A stretch of 64,000 bases of DNA from the human T2T-CHM13v2.0 reference genome, Homo sapiens, in NCBI RefSeq assembly GCF_009914755.1, contig NC_060940.1; one strand, given 5' to 3'. This document shows positions 42,385 to 56,473 of the stretch, piece by piece. Position 1 is the stretch's first letter. The number at the start of each line of letters is the position of its first letter. Made by a program: the position numbers and the translations under genes. A model generated the notes under the pieces. It had not been told where the DNA came from. It saw nothing but the letters and a program-made list of their open reading frames with translations, and ran no database searches.

Positions 42385-42934
42385 TGTCTAAGGCATTTGA
42401 AACAGAGCAACTCCATCTTGAGTAGGGGCTGGATAAAGTGAGGCTGAGACCTACTGGGCTGCATTCTCAGATGGTTAAGGCATTGTAAGTCCAAGGATGA
42501 GAATGGAGGTTGGCACAAGATACAAGTCATAAAGACCTTACTGATAAAACAGGTCACAATAAAGCAGCCAGCTAAAACCCACCAAAATCAAGATGGTGAC
42601 AAGAGTGACCTCTGGTTGTCCTCACTGCTACATTCCCACCAGCGCCATGACAGTTTACAAATGCCGTGGCAATGTCAGGAAGTTACCCTATGTGGTCTAA
42701 AACGGGGAGGCATGAATAATTCAGTCCTTGTTTACCATATCCTCAAGAAAATGACCATAAAAATGTGCAACCAGCAGTCCTTGGGCTACTCCGTGGAGTA
42801 GCAATTCTTTTATTCCTTTACTTTCTTAATAAACTTGCTTTCACTTTACTGTGTGGAATTGCCCTGAATTCTTTCTTGTACAATATCCAAGAACCCTCTC
42901 TTGGGGTCTGGATCCAGATCCCCTTCCAGTAACA
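42385..42934 (+). mobile_element. MER41A solo LTR (ERV1)
   Basis: tgtctaaggcatttgaaacagagcaactccatcttg ... aataaacttgctttcac ... ccttccagtaaca. The join ggggaggcatgaataat lacks the MER41B GAS insert. Confidence 0.92.
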
Positions 42935-44083
42935 GAGATGTTCTTATGAAAGATTATTATCTCAAATATTCGTACTCATGCGTCTTTGTAAGATGCTATT
43001 CTTCAATACGTTTCCAATAATTGTGACTGAAGAATATATACTATGTAATTATCATAGACCATTTACTAATGTAGCTAGAACTGGAGATTTTTGGTACCTG
43101 ATTTATAACTTAAGGAGCCACTGAAACTTTTAATAACCAGGAAATCCACATATTATAAGCAACAGTCACTGTGAAAAGTCTGGGAGATAAGTGGTAGAAA
43201 TGTGGTTTCCTCACATAATAAAGCAGATTATTAAATTTCTTAAAATAAGTAATCCCGGAAGAATGGTCATATATTGCTAACTTCATGAGTCACCCTGAAG
43301 ACTCACTTCTATTTAGAGAGTGAATCTCCTGGATTAGAAGATTTGCATTTAAATGGTATTTCCCTCTCTTGCAGCTACAGGTTTCTGCATTGGATAATAC
43401 TGCTTTTTCTTTGTGTAGCATGTCCATAAAGGGTCCTAATAAATCCCACCATTGTGATGAACCTTGAGTTTGTCAAAAGACTTTTAAGCTATTCTAACAG
43501 ATGCATTTGAAATAGGGTTTTCTGTATTTCCTTTTGGGAGTTTTTAAGGATGTTTAGGATAATTAGCTATTTCCCTACAGGCCATCTTTATAATTAAAAA
43601 CATAAAATGCCACCCATCTTCTTAGTGAATTAAACAAAACACGCATTTGAAATCTAGCCACTAATTTCAATAGCAAAATAGGCAATAGTTTAACAATTAT
43701 AAAAATACTCTTCCTAATATTGTAAGCCTTTTAGTACAAAGTATTTGAGAAGTTAAGTAAATAATGAACTAAAGGGAACATTATCAAGAATTGTGGTGTT
43801 GAAGGATTCTCGTTTAACACCACAGAACTCAGATTATTCGGTATAATATCTCCATTTTAGAAATGACTTGTCTGATGGCAAAAAGGAAGAATCATAGTTA
43901 GAATAATGTAAAGGATGTGGTAACATTTGTGGTGGGTTGTAGATATTTTGTCAATATTAAATGTTTTCTAGAACTGTCACAGACTTAGTTCAATGTGTTA
44001 TTCATTACAACAAAAGACACATGTAATGGAAATGCCTATTTGAGGTGGTTGAGAGAGAGAGGTAGAAAAACTCTGTACACATT

Positions 44084-44845
44084 TAAGCCCCTTTTACAAA
44101 AATTATGACAGAAAAATCTGACCTAGGAAAATTATGAAAGTGAAAGAAATGTGACCTAACTGATTCAATCTTGCTTCTAACCTCCAAGCTGTCCTTGTTC
44201 ATTCTTGGGCATAGGCCAAGCTAATTATGGGAGGAAGTTACTTTGTACTTTAACTTTGAAATAAAAATGATAACAGCCCCTCTCCCAAACTAACTCCCTC
44301 CTTGCTTGGGGATCAGACTGCCTTTGTAAAACAAACAGATTAACCACAACATTAGAAATTATGTCTTGGAGGTCAAGCAGCCAGAGGCCACGAGAATCCT
44401 AACTTCCCCAGTTGCTCCTGTAGATAACATTATTGTTGTAAAATCTATCATTGGTGTTTGAGGTATTTTCAGACCCTTCATTCTCATGGACTAGCTGGTA
44501 CCACCCAGACCAGTTAACTGGCTCCACCGGTCTTCTGGCCCCAACCCAGGAACTGACTCAGCCAAAAAAGAAAAGCTCCGAGTCCCTCTGATTTCATCCC
44601 CAAGCCACCCAATCTTTTGTAGACCATTCTACACTTCCCATTCTCTAGGCCCTTGCCTACCAAACTACCATTAAAAAGACCTAGCCTGTGAATTTCTGGG
44701 GAGCCTGACTTGAGTAATAATGGAACTCCAATCTCCCATGTAGCCTGCTCTGTACTTATTAAACTATTTCTTTATTGCAATAAGAGTGTCTCAGTACATG
44801 GGCTTTTCTGGCTGGTGAGTAAAATAAGTCCATTGGGCAATTACA
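44084..44845 (+). mobile_element. LTR8A/B-like solo LTR (ERV1)
   Basis: aaaaattatgacag...tcttgcttctaacctccaagctgtccttgttcattc...ggaactgactcagc...gggcaattaca. Confidence 0.88.
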
Positions 44846-44899
44846 CATATCATATCTCCATAGTCTACGTGTGTGCATGTGTGTAGCATAAACCACTCT

Positions 44900-47520
44900 T
44901 GAAATACACAAAAGTAGACTTGAGCCAATGGAACGATATGTCCCTTGCTCTTAGTTTAAATGTCTTGAAACATCACAATTTTAGTTTTCCCTAATTTGGT
45001 TTAATTTATAATTTTATTTTGATTCCATTAAAAATACAATCAATATTTTTTTTTTCTTTAGAGTAGTAAGTTGATACTATACCACACTTAGAAGAAATAA
45101 GCACACAAAAACTTTTAGAAAAAACCTGCACAGAATAATTAAGGACGGATCCTGTCACATATTAAAATCTGCTTGATAACTTCTTCAAAATAAAATTAAA
45201 TTAAAAAGATGTAGTATTTTCACAAAAGCAGACAAAAGAGTGAAACAGAATACCATCCAGAAGAATACATAACGGAGTACAAAATCCAGCATAGCTAAAT
45301 ATCTCAAAGCACTGACTCAAAGTGGAACTTTTAAAAATAGTGCTGGAGAAACAAGAGAGCAATTAGAAAACTGATTAAATTCAATCGATTCCTCACATTA
45401 TACACAAGAAAAAACCCTAAATGAATCAGAGACCTAAGAGGAGGAGGGGAAGTTGGCAGGGAAGGAAGGAGCAGCAGAGGGCAAAATTCTTTAATAACTT
45501 GGGAAAAATGAAGAGAATGACAAGGACAAAATAACCTTCATATATAAAGAACAGTTAAATATTAAGAAACCAATAGCTCACAAATCATATAGAAAAGTGG
45601 GCCAATAACACAAACAAGTCTCAAATAAAGATATTAAAATAAGCATTGAACATATGAATAGATAAGATATCACATGTAATAAGAGAAATGCAAATTAAAA
45701 CATTGATATATTGCATCTCACCCATTGGATTGGCCAGACTCCAAAAGCTTGACAATGTACTGTCTTGTTTAGAATATAGAGAACCTGCGCTGTTCTCCCA
45801 CATGTTTCACATGCAAAATGGTAAAACACTTATAGGAAGAGTTTGCCAACATTTAACAAAGCTATATGTTCATTTGTCCTTTGCCCAAGCAATCGAATGT
45901 CTAAGAATTTATTCTGAAGAAACACTTGCAGCAATATAAAAAAATTGTACAATGTACAAAGTTATTATCTGCAGTATTATATGTGAGTGCAACACATTGA
46001 AAATAACCTAAATGCCCAAACATAAGAAATTTCTTGAACAAATTATTTCTATACATCATGTACTGTACACCATGTAGTACAGTGCTGCCTTGAAACTAAT
46101 GAGAATGTCTATTTACTAATAGAAAGTGATTTCTAAAATGTGTTGTTCAATTGAGAAGGAAAAGTGCCCAAAATTATATATTGTATGCTGCTTTTTGTTT
46201 ATAAGAGAGGGAAAAAAGTAAAAAATAATGAGGAAAAAGTCCTCCTTAAAAAACGAAATTTAAAAAAACTTTCACTTTTCTTAGTATGCTTAATTTTTGT
46301 AATTTTGGGGGTATAGAAATTTGGAAACTCCTTCAAGTACTGTACAATTGAACTAATGAGCTAAAGCATTGTTGTTAAAAGCTGTGGTTTACCAAAGAAG
46401 AAAATATCTGTGTCTACAAATATATATAATCATGATTGTGTGTGTGTATATTATATGTGTTTATATTATCTATGTTGCATTTTTTTCCTATTCACTGAAG
46501 TGGCTTAGAAACGACCCTAATTCTGGTAGTAATGAGCAAATCTAGTTTTCAGAATTTGGTTTCTAAGATTTCAGAATTTGGTTTCTACTCACTACCAAAA
46601 GAAACCAGAAATCCTCAAGACATAATAGATTGTGGACCGAGGACAACGAAATTGCAAAATGAGCCTGGGACATCTAGTTATGCCAGCGGATCCAGAAATG
46701 ATGGGGACATAACAAAAAGACACAAGAGATGCCTCGAAGGGGCCTCTGTAGCCAAATCTGAATAATTTTGTCATCAAAATAGATAAAGACGGTGACGGAT
46801 TATAACCTCTTAAATAAAAGGGGAATGTGTGATTTTGCTTTGACAATAAGCAGATAGATATAAAGATTGACAGATAAATTGTATATAAGAAAGGAAACAA
46901 TGAAAAAGAGAGAACACATTCTGACAGTGGCATTTCAACTCTTCAAGGTGATGAGAGAGGAGGAGGTGGAAAATTGCTACTCTGCAATTCTCATGGTTAA
47001 AATTGTTCCAGGTAATTGTCATGGGGAGTGAGGGTTGATGATACCAGTGTGGCCTCATCTCAAAAAGTTTCCCTGGAGACTGCTTATTATGTGGAAAGTC
47101 AAATATAGTTGTATGCAGTGGAGAAGCCTGACAATGAGTTGAGGATTATGATAAATGTTGCTTTGAGTGACAGCCAGATACCATCTACTCCTGAATGTGT
47201 GTGATACATGAGAAAGGATTCTGGCTCATTTGAACCATAAGATGGCAAGGGATCCACAACTTGAATCTCATCTCTAGAAGCACCAGACAGCTCCAAAACT
47301 GAGGAACAGTCTGTAAGATAATCGACCTGTAGTTTTCAAAGTGTCAGTGTCATGAATGGTGCAGTAATGCTGAGAATCACTTCCAGATAAAAGAAGTGTA
47401 AAGATACTACACAGCTAAATGCAAAACATGTCCCTAAACTATATGCTGTATCAGAGGGGCAATGCTATAATAAAACATTATTGGAACAATATGTATCTAG
47501 CAAAAAAGTGGAAATGTACA
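44900..47520 (+). mobile_element. Highly decayed L1MC/MD/ME ORF2 and 3'UTR fragments
   Basis: agagaaatgcaaattaaaac, cccattggattggc, gcccaagcaatc...ctaagaatttattct and L1MC/MD-like 3'UTR blocks. Boundaries approximate. Confidence 0.65.
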
Positions 47521-50013
47521 GACTGTTGTGTCAAAATTAAGAATGAAGTAGTGTCCTTTGCATCACCTGGACCTGATGTAATATGTGCAGTTGACCTAAT
47601 AAGTGATATTCACACAATGGAGAAACATGTAAACATAATTTCTGTTAATCAAATGCTTGCCAGGAGCCATGCTAGGCACTTCACAACTATCATTCCAGAT
47701 AATCTTTATGATAGACTTAAGATATAGATACTACGGGGAAACCGAAATGTATAAATAATGTATCCAAGTGCCTGAAGTTCTTTCAAAACATCTTACTTTA
47801 GATAATTAAAGAAATTTTTAATTTCTAGTTTTATACTGATGACTAATTTTCTCCTAATGAATGTTAAAACCCAATGTTTTCATGGGGTATTAGAAAATTG
47901 CTTTAGAAAATTGGTCAATAGCTTATATCTGACTCATTTGAAACTACCTTTTTTATGTTTCTTATTGTTGCTAAAATATTTCTCACTGTACCAAAAAAAA
48001 AGAAATCATTTCAATAAATGCATACTTACACAACAGGAATTCTCTTGAACTCCTGATGTGAAACACGACACATACACAACTTTGTAGACAAAATAATTTT
48101 AAAAAGCATATTTATAAAAATAAGAGACAAAGTCAATTTTTGATATAGTTTGTAATACTGATAGAAAAGACTTACAAAATGTGTATTTTAAATATGAATA
48201 AAGCATATATCTTTATTTGATTGGAAAAGTAACCACCTATCACATTTTGAAAATTGAGTGCATTATAATGCTCTTTACATGCAGGGAGATTTCAAATCTG
48301 GTTTAATTTCCGATAGAGTATCTAATTTGAAAAAATTAAGCAATTATAGTTTATAGAGTCCAAATCATTCATTTTTAAAGTTGTAAACTCACTTCTTTTG
48401 ACGTTCCTGTCAACCTCTAGGTGAAATGTTCCAAAAGTTTACCTAGTGATTTTCCCATTAAAATACAAATCAGTTTTCCTAAATGACAAATATGAAATTA
48501 AAACCCTCATACAAAGTGGAGACATGCCTTAATGACCGCAAATTTAAATCCATTCCTATTAAGATCTGAGTTATGGGATTCTATCATGAATAGGAGGAAG
48601 TTTGCCAAAGTGGTTTCTCACACTCTCTCATACTTGATAATGTGATGTTGACTGTTCAAGAAAGTATTTCCAATGGGAACAGATTTTAATTGATAACACT
48701 AACAAATTGCTAATAAATAGACATCAGATTAATTATGTGACATATTTTTAAATTGTGTGCATATGCTCAGAACTTTGACAAACAACAAATAATTTGGCAC
48801 TGAAATATCCTATTTCTGTGACGAAAGGAACCTGAGATTTTGGATATGGGTGGCATTAATAATAACAATTTACTGTGGTAACTTGTACCTGTATGGTATG
48901 AACGTATTGTGTAGTATTCTTTAAAAGCTCAATTATTGTAATATGGTAGTCTGGATTGGATTCTGGAACAGAAAAGACACTGTTAGAAAACTTGTGATAT
49001 CCAAAGAAAGTCTAGACTTTAGTTAATAATAATGTGTCAATGTTTTTATAGCCAGAACACTTGTGACTGATAATTTCTGATACTCAGCTCAGACTTCTAG
49101 GAAAATAGAGGTATTATTGACTTTATATCAATGGGAAAACCAGATATGGTTTGGTACAAGTTTCCTTTCTTCCTTCCTTTTTCTCTCTCTCTCCTTTTCA
49201 TATCTCTTTGACTCTCTAATGTTTATATTCCGAAAAGAAACTGTCTGCATTTGACTAAGACTGCCACTGTCAGCTCCAACTTCAATACTTCTCCATGTAA
49301 CATTCCAAGAAAAAAAAGAACCTTTTCCCTTCTACAGTATCTATGTATTAAAATTGCTAAGGTATTAAAACCTGTTTTGGTTACTTACACATTCTTAAAA
49401 TGATAGTAATCAAATGAAAGACTGTTCATTTTTGAACAATCCAAGTCGTGTAAGCAAAGTAGTACCAAGTTAAACTATAGGAAAAAATATGTTTTCTTGG
49501 GAAAACAAAATCTAAACAAGCACATAACCAACACGTCTGATTTCAAACATGAGATCTTCACCCTGCTTCCACAGTATCCTATATATTCCTCAATCAAATT
49601 ATTCTGAATCATTACAAGTCTGCCTTCTTTACATTACTGGTGACTTAAGAAATAATGCATGATCATCTTTCTATCTCCATGTTTACCTGATGTTTGTAAC
49701 TACAAAATTCTTGAACAGAATTTCATCAAGAAATTCAAAGACAAAGAAACAGAAAGACAAAGAAATCAATCTGAGGCAAGTAAGGGAAATTTGGAGTTAG
49801 GTATGTGACATGGTGATGCTCATTTTTACTTGCAATATGTGATACTTGGTCTTTGTCTTAGTTCCTGGATGCTAGATTTTTTTCTATATTAAAAAATGAT
49901 TTTATAGATACTTTCCAACAAATATAGGGTCTAAAGTAATTGGGCTCTATAGTAATTTTTTAGGGATAACACTACAGGAAAACTTTCCTTTTACCCATTT
50001 TTATCACCTTCTA

Positions 50014-50016
<3 letters not shown>

Positions 50017-50055
<39 letters not shown>
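50017..50055 (+). repeat. (CA)n microsatellite (~19 units)
   Basis: Direct read. Confidence 0.97.
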
Positions 50056-50057
<2 letters not shown>

Positions 50058-51074
50058 CTTTGTCATCAAATAAATATTTAGCCTGGTATTGATCTGGTTC
50101 CAGGAAAGCCATTGATTGATAGATTGACTTGACTGTATAAAGGCCACTTTGGGTTCTGCTCTAGACCTATTTTTGCTTGTGTGTTTGTTTGTTTCCTTTG
50201 GGGAGACTAACTAACTTTTATCTTTGGTAACATTTTCTCCTTCTACACTATTATTTTCCTCCAGGGCTCCCTCTTCAAAACCCATTGAGGATATGCCCCA
50301 TAGATCTTGGCTTTTTTTTTTAAGATGAAATGTTTTAAGTAAGGCTTCACAAAAGTACTGGAAGAAGGCTGTATAACTTCTCATTAATATAATCAGTGTG
50401 TTGAATGTCTGCAGTAATTATATTTGTCATCCAACAGGATTGATGACTGCATTACAGAGGCATCTGTGAAGTTCCAACTTCTGGTCCTTTCTCCTGAGAG
50501 AAATAATCAGAGGCAATACCTCACACACAAGAGACAATGCTTTCTGCCATGTGGCTCTATGAGCATGGCTTCAATTCAGTGGACCATGTTTTATAATGTA
50601 ACTAAGGCAGAAGGTGGGGCAAACAGATTGTAAGCTTACAAGGTGACTTGTACACCAAGTCTGCCTGCAAGGACTCTTTTATGGGAAACATGAGAAATTC
50701 AATGAAAAATATTTATTTATTTATTTATTTTCCCTGAAGCATTCTGTATTTTGGAGTCATAAAAAGAAGAAAAATACAGCAAGAGAAAGAGTCAATAATA
50801 GAAAGGCATGTAAATATAAACTGATTTACAAAAACAATAATGAAAGGCTAACATTTATTGAGTGCAAACTATGTTGCTTTCAATAGACCAATAATTTCAA
50901 ATGTATCTTTTCATTTAATACTCTAAATAAACCTCTGAGTTATTATTATTTTCACTATTAGATGAGAAAATTGAGTTTCAAAAACAGAGTAACTTACTTC
51001 ATTTTACAGATCTAGACAGTGGTAAAGGTAAGGTTGAAACCTGGTAGTATGATCTAAAATATTTATTCTTGTTT

Positions 51075-51975
51075 TTTTCAAATTTATTTATTTTTGTTTT
51101 TTAAGTTTCAGGGTACATGTGCAGGATGTGCAGGCTTGTTACATAGGTAAACGTGTGCCATGATGGTTTGCTGCACCTATCAACCCATCACCAAGGTATT
51201 AAGCCCAGCATGTAGCAGCTCTTTCCCTAATGCTCTCCCCGTACCACTCTCCCCTGACTGGCCCCAGTAAGAGTTGTTACCCTCCGTTTGTCCATGTGTT
51301 CTCATTGTTCAGCCCCCACTCATAAGTGAGAGCATGCAATGATTGGCTTGCTGTTCCTGCATTAGTATGTTGAGGATAATACATTCCAGCCTTATCTATG
51401 TCCCTGCAAAGGACATGATCTCATTCCTTTTTATGGCTGCATAGCATACTGTGGTGTATATGTACCACATTTTCTTTAGCCAATCTATTATTGACTGATT
51501 GGGCTGGTTCCATGTCTTTGCTCTTGGGAACAGTGCTGCAATGAACATATGCGTGCACGTATCTTTATAATAGAATGATTTATATTCCTTTGAGTACATA
51601 CTCAGTGATGGGATTGCTGGGTCAAATGGTATTTTCAGTTCTAAATCTTTGAGGAATCACCACACTATCTTCCACAATGGTTGAACTAATTTACATTTCC
51701 ACTAATAGTATAAAAGCGTTTCTATTCATCCGCAACCTCGCCAGCATCTGTTGTTTCTTGACTTTTTAATAACTGCCATTCTGACTGGCATGAGATGGTA
51801 TCTCACTGTGGTTTTGATTTGTATTTCTCTAATGATCAGTGATGTTGAGCTATTTTTGTATGTTTGTTGGCCGCATGTATGTCTTTTTTTGAGAAATGCT
51901 CATATCCTTTGCCCACTTTTTAATGTTTTTTTTTTTTTCTTGTGAGTTTGCTTAAATTCCTGTCTATTCTTAAAG
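51075..51975 (-). mobile_element. L1PA (PA8-PA13 age range) 3' fragment
   Basis: gggtacatgtgcaggatgtgcaggcttgttacataggtaaacgtgtgccatg; ORF 51396..51599 on minus (YKDTCTHMFIAALF...MWYIYT) is the ORF2 C-terminus. Confidence 0.93.
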
Positions 51976-54645
51976 TTTTCAGTGTTGGAGCAAACTGCAC
52001 ATACTCCTGAGGTCACTAGAGACTCTGTGGAATCCTTGGAGGAATACCACATGGGATAAATTCCAAGGTCTCCATGATCCCACACTCTGTGCTTTCTTTT
52101 CTTGTTATTCCTTTACTTCCTCAATGGCCTGACAATCAGGTTGACCACATCTCAGCAGACATATGTTTTTAAGAGCCTACAACATATAGTGCTAATTTCA
52201 GTAATATCACTTCTCTTTTAAGTCCTGTAGATCATTTTTGTTAATGAAATTCTGCAAGGTAGAGGTGGTAAGGGTAAGTTTTCATTTTGGTTTAAATTCA
52301 TGCTGTTTTCCTATTAGGCTATTTCTATATTAAAAATACATCCTCCTTGCTGGTTCCTTCCTGCACGGTGTCTATGTTTGAGGATAAAATAAGTGAAACA
52401 AAGGAATAACAGTAGGCATGATAATCATCAAGACATATGTGCGTACACAGAGCAGCTAATTCATTCGTGAAACTCGTGATAGCTACTATTTATCAATGTG
52501 CTAATCACGAGAATAAACTAATCTGTTTTGTCTTGGTGTCATCAAATCCAGAATTCAAAGGCAGAAAAGGGAAGATTTATAGTTAGGAAAAAAAAATATG
52601 AGAGAGGAGCAGTGACACAGAGCATATACCTCTCATAGAGGATGGTCAATGTGATTTATATGATAATCAAAAGGAATGTGTGTCAGTTTATTGAATGTTA
52701 TCTACAAAAATCTTTGACACCTTTGACAACCCAAAGAGTATGAGCTTCAAACACTGTGTTAATGACTTTGGTGACACACACCATAATAGATCAGCTGACA
52801 AAATTCTGAAAATTCAGTTGATATTTGTAAAGAGAATTTTTATTGTCATTTGGGAAATCAAATCATTTTATTTGAATACTTCTGAAAGCTGAGATGTGAA
52901 AAGGAAAATATCAGTGGTTGTTAACAGTATGGCTTTTGAATCAGAATCATTAACCAAATAGATTTCTGAAAGAATTGGGGATAAACGCCATTGCAATAGC
53001 ACATCAGTTCAGATGGGTGTTTAGATTAAAGAAAAGAAAGGAGAGATTGACTGATGATTGAAGGTTCAAGCTAAAAAATATTGACTTCAGACTTTTAAGT
53101 AAATGAACACTAATGGGAAGACATAGGGAAAGAACCCTTTATGGGATCCAAATTCTTAGCACATTCTTTCTCTTGGTGAAGTTGAACTGAACTCTGAGCT
53201 CATATTGAATCCCCAGGAGCTTCAAGAGAGTTCAGAAGAGCCCAACAGGGGGCAAAGCAAGATCTGATCTTGTCCTTTTACTGCTTTCAGTGTTCAGTGT
53301 CTCAGAAGTCAGTGGGGATACTCAGTGTGAAGAAACGTTGTGGGAGCAATGAATAAGGAGAGGCATCTGTATCTTTTTTGCCCTCTGTGGCAGAACAAAC
53401 CCCCATTTAATGAATGAGCTAATATATCATTTGAAGTTCATTATTAGAAACCATTGTGTAAGCAGATTATTAGCAACTTAAAGTGTGTAACTTTTTGATA
53501 ACCCCCTAAAGTGCTCATTTTTTAACCCTGTTTTGAAATAGATGAACCTAGCTATAAAACCAAATTGCTCATTTTTTAGTTGTGAGATCGTGCAACTTAC
53601 CAACTCTGATATCAGTGCAGTCCTCTATAAAACAGGAATAGTAGTACCTATCTCATAAGTGATACGTGAGTATGAAATGTAATAACATACTTGTAGCGCT
53701 TACATTGGTATCCGAACTTGACACTTAACAAAGGCTAGGTGCTTTCCTGCTTTGATTCTATTGGACGTTTCTGATACTGACAAGACTAAAATATGACTCA
53801 TTTTTAACATCAGATGGGTAAAATAACTCTAACTTTGATTTACTTGATTATTTTGATGACTAATTTTAAACCAAATAGCCAAATAGTGACTATATTGCTA
53901 AGATTTTCAGAAAAATAAAATGGAGATATCTAAGAACATAGCTTAATATTACTAAAATTTGTCAGTGTGCTCGTGTGTGGACATTTTAGGAAAGATTCCA
54001 GGAACTGATATTTCATTTTTCTACATTCAAACTCCTTTTTGTAATCTCTATATTTTTGAGGACCTATAGTCAAATGTCTATGGATTAATTCACATGATAA
54101 CTATCAATTAATACTTTTGTTGTTTGAGGTGGATGACGGTACCGTGTTAGTCTGGCTTATTTAGAAATTGGAATTGGAGAAAATTTTACAGTGATGACAG
54201 TGTATTGATAAGATTAAAAACCAGGACAGTAATGATGATGAGAATGAAAACCGAGTCAAGGAAAGCTATGAAGCTGAGAGCTTCAAGAAGACACAGCCAT
54301 TGTATTACTGAAGGTGCTTACGTGATCTGCAGAACTTTATCTCAAAGGACTACCAAAAAAAAAAAAAAACGCACCTTAGAGTGATCCAAAAAAAAGATAA
54401 ATGAGCAGGAATCTACCTACATGCCCCCATCGCACCTGCCACTTACTACTGTCCAAGATTTGCTCTGTTGTGTCATATGCCCTTTGGTTGACACTCATGA
54501 AGACTTGTGGACATATGTGTAAGTCCCAAAAAAGGTAAATAAATAAAAAGTAAAACGAACAAACAAACAAAAAATAGTTAATTATCTATTAATATAACTT
54601 GACCTTTGGGGCCCCGAGTTTGAACTTATACTCACCTACAGCATT

Positions 54646-55140
54646 CAGAGGTTCCCAAACTTTCTCAGTTTTAATGCCCTTTGTCAGAAATCTCTTGGTG
54701 CCCCTATGCCAAAAGAAATACATAAAAATTCAGATTACTGCAGAGTTAGGCTCAAATAACCTAATAAGTACTGTACTTTTGTCCTAAGGACTTGATGGCC
54801 ATTTTTTAAAAAAATGCATATGAATTGAAACAAGATATAACATTTTAATTTCATTCTTAACTAACCACAATGAACTGCTAATGGGGTTTGTGCGCCCATT
54901 AAATGAGGTACAATTTTTCAAACCTTGGAATTTAACTATATCACCAACCTCATTTCCTATTTCATATTTATTTTTGTGGCATTCTTGTAAAGATATGATG
55001 TCATAAAAATATATAATCTAATATTTAAAGTGTGAACTACCTTGGAGGTGTACTTTGCAGGATGTCTAACAGACAGTATTGCTTAAAAATGTGAAATGCC
55101 CTTCAGAACTCCTGGGTACCCTGGAACATAAGAAACTTGA
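54646..55140 (+). mobile_element. MER119-like (hAT-Charlie)
   Basis: cagaggttcccaaactttctc...gcccctatgccaaaagaaatac...ttcattcttaactaaccacaat...tcaaaccttggaat. Confidence 0.75.
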
Positions 55141-55397
55141 GTTTCAGAAAAGGCAAAGGAAGCAGGTAGCACCTTATGAAATAGGAGTTTGGATGAAGGA
55201 ATGAGAAGCAGTTTAAAAAGCCTGTGTCCTATCAGAATCTTTTACACATTTTTTAATCAAAACTCTCAGAAATATCAGGTAACCAAGTAGCCAACTATAT
55301 AATATTGTAGAATATTGACTCAGCTCTGTATTCTTACTCTTTGAGGAAAATCTTGATTCTAGGAAGATTATCTCAAAGTCTGAGTTTGGTAATGTAT

Positions 55398-55429
55398 GAA
55401 ATGAAACTAGTAGCTTCTAGTTTCATTTC
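55398..55429. repeat. 32-bp near-perfect palindrome
   Basis: GAAATGAAACTAG-T-AGCT-T-CTAGTTTCATTTC; only one mismatched pair. Confidence 0.95.
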
Positions 55430-56473
55430 TGGTCTCTCCATTAATTCTCTGAGAGTATTAAATGAGCTTTTCATTTAAAACATTTTGCTCATTACTTATG
55501 TCATAGCAATTGCTCAATGACTATTGTCTTGCTGTCTATGGTGGAATCCCAAAGAACCAAGGAATCTAATGAATTTCAAACATGAACCACCAATATAATC
55601 ATTTCTTAGAATCTCTCCTTTGATTTTGTGTTACTCTTACCTCAGAATAGAGAGCAAGGTTTTCCTAGGTAAGAAGGTAAGAACATATTCTTGGGGTTTA
55701 AGAGAAGTTTTCCCAACATCTAAAGCAATTTGACCACAGTGTTTTGAAAATCAATTTTAAGTTTTCCAAAAAAACCCAGTTGTTTCAAATTACACATAAT
55801 GGACAAGGCGCAGCAAAGAACAGACATGGTCCAGTGACCCTCAAGCTGCTATTCCTCATGTAGTTGAAAGCTACAGGTAAATCAGAATCTTTATGATATA
55901 TGCCTATCAAGTTTGTCTCCCATGTTTGCTTCACTCTTTATATGTAAGTATCAGCCACTTCTCATGCTTTTGATCCTATATGTTAGATAAACTTTCACCC
56001 TTGGATTGTTAGTGTTGCTGCTTCTTGTCTTCTTGCATGGGCCATACATTGTCAGTTTTAACCTGAATATTATAAACTAGGGCACTCTTTTCCTTTTCTT
56101 TTGTCTAGTGCCCCAGTCTTAGACCATCCTGCTCCCAATTTGAATTGTTCATTTGAAAGATATGACAACATTCCACACTTACATTAAATGCACAGTGATG
56201 GACCAAAGGTGATAGATATCATCATATAATTTCATATGAAAAAAAATATAGAACAACAGTTCAAAGTTCATTTCAATTCAACAAGCCTGTCAAATGCTTA
56301 GATATGCCCAATAAGGGAAAACAAAAATGGATGCTAATCAACTAAAATAAGTGATTTGCAGTTATTAATTAATTGAAAGATAAAATACTTAGAATCTGTT
56401 ACATTAAGAAGTTGCTTTATATTCATCACTAAGTCAAAAATTGCCTCATCTCACTCTTCTAAAATAAGAACTT

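Noticed and set aside
42700-42725. MER41 as an IFN-gamma/STAT1 enhancer
   Set aside because: Sequence reads ggggaggcatgaataat, lacking the tandem TTCnnnGAA GAS block of MER41B.
50205-50300. Strong plus-strand acceptor (actaac...ttttcctccag| at 50264)
   Set aside because: No convincing donor or nearby poly(A) signal; isolated acceptors are common.
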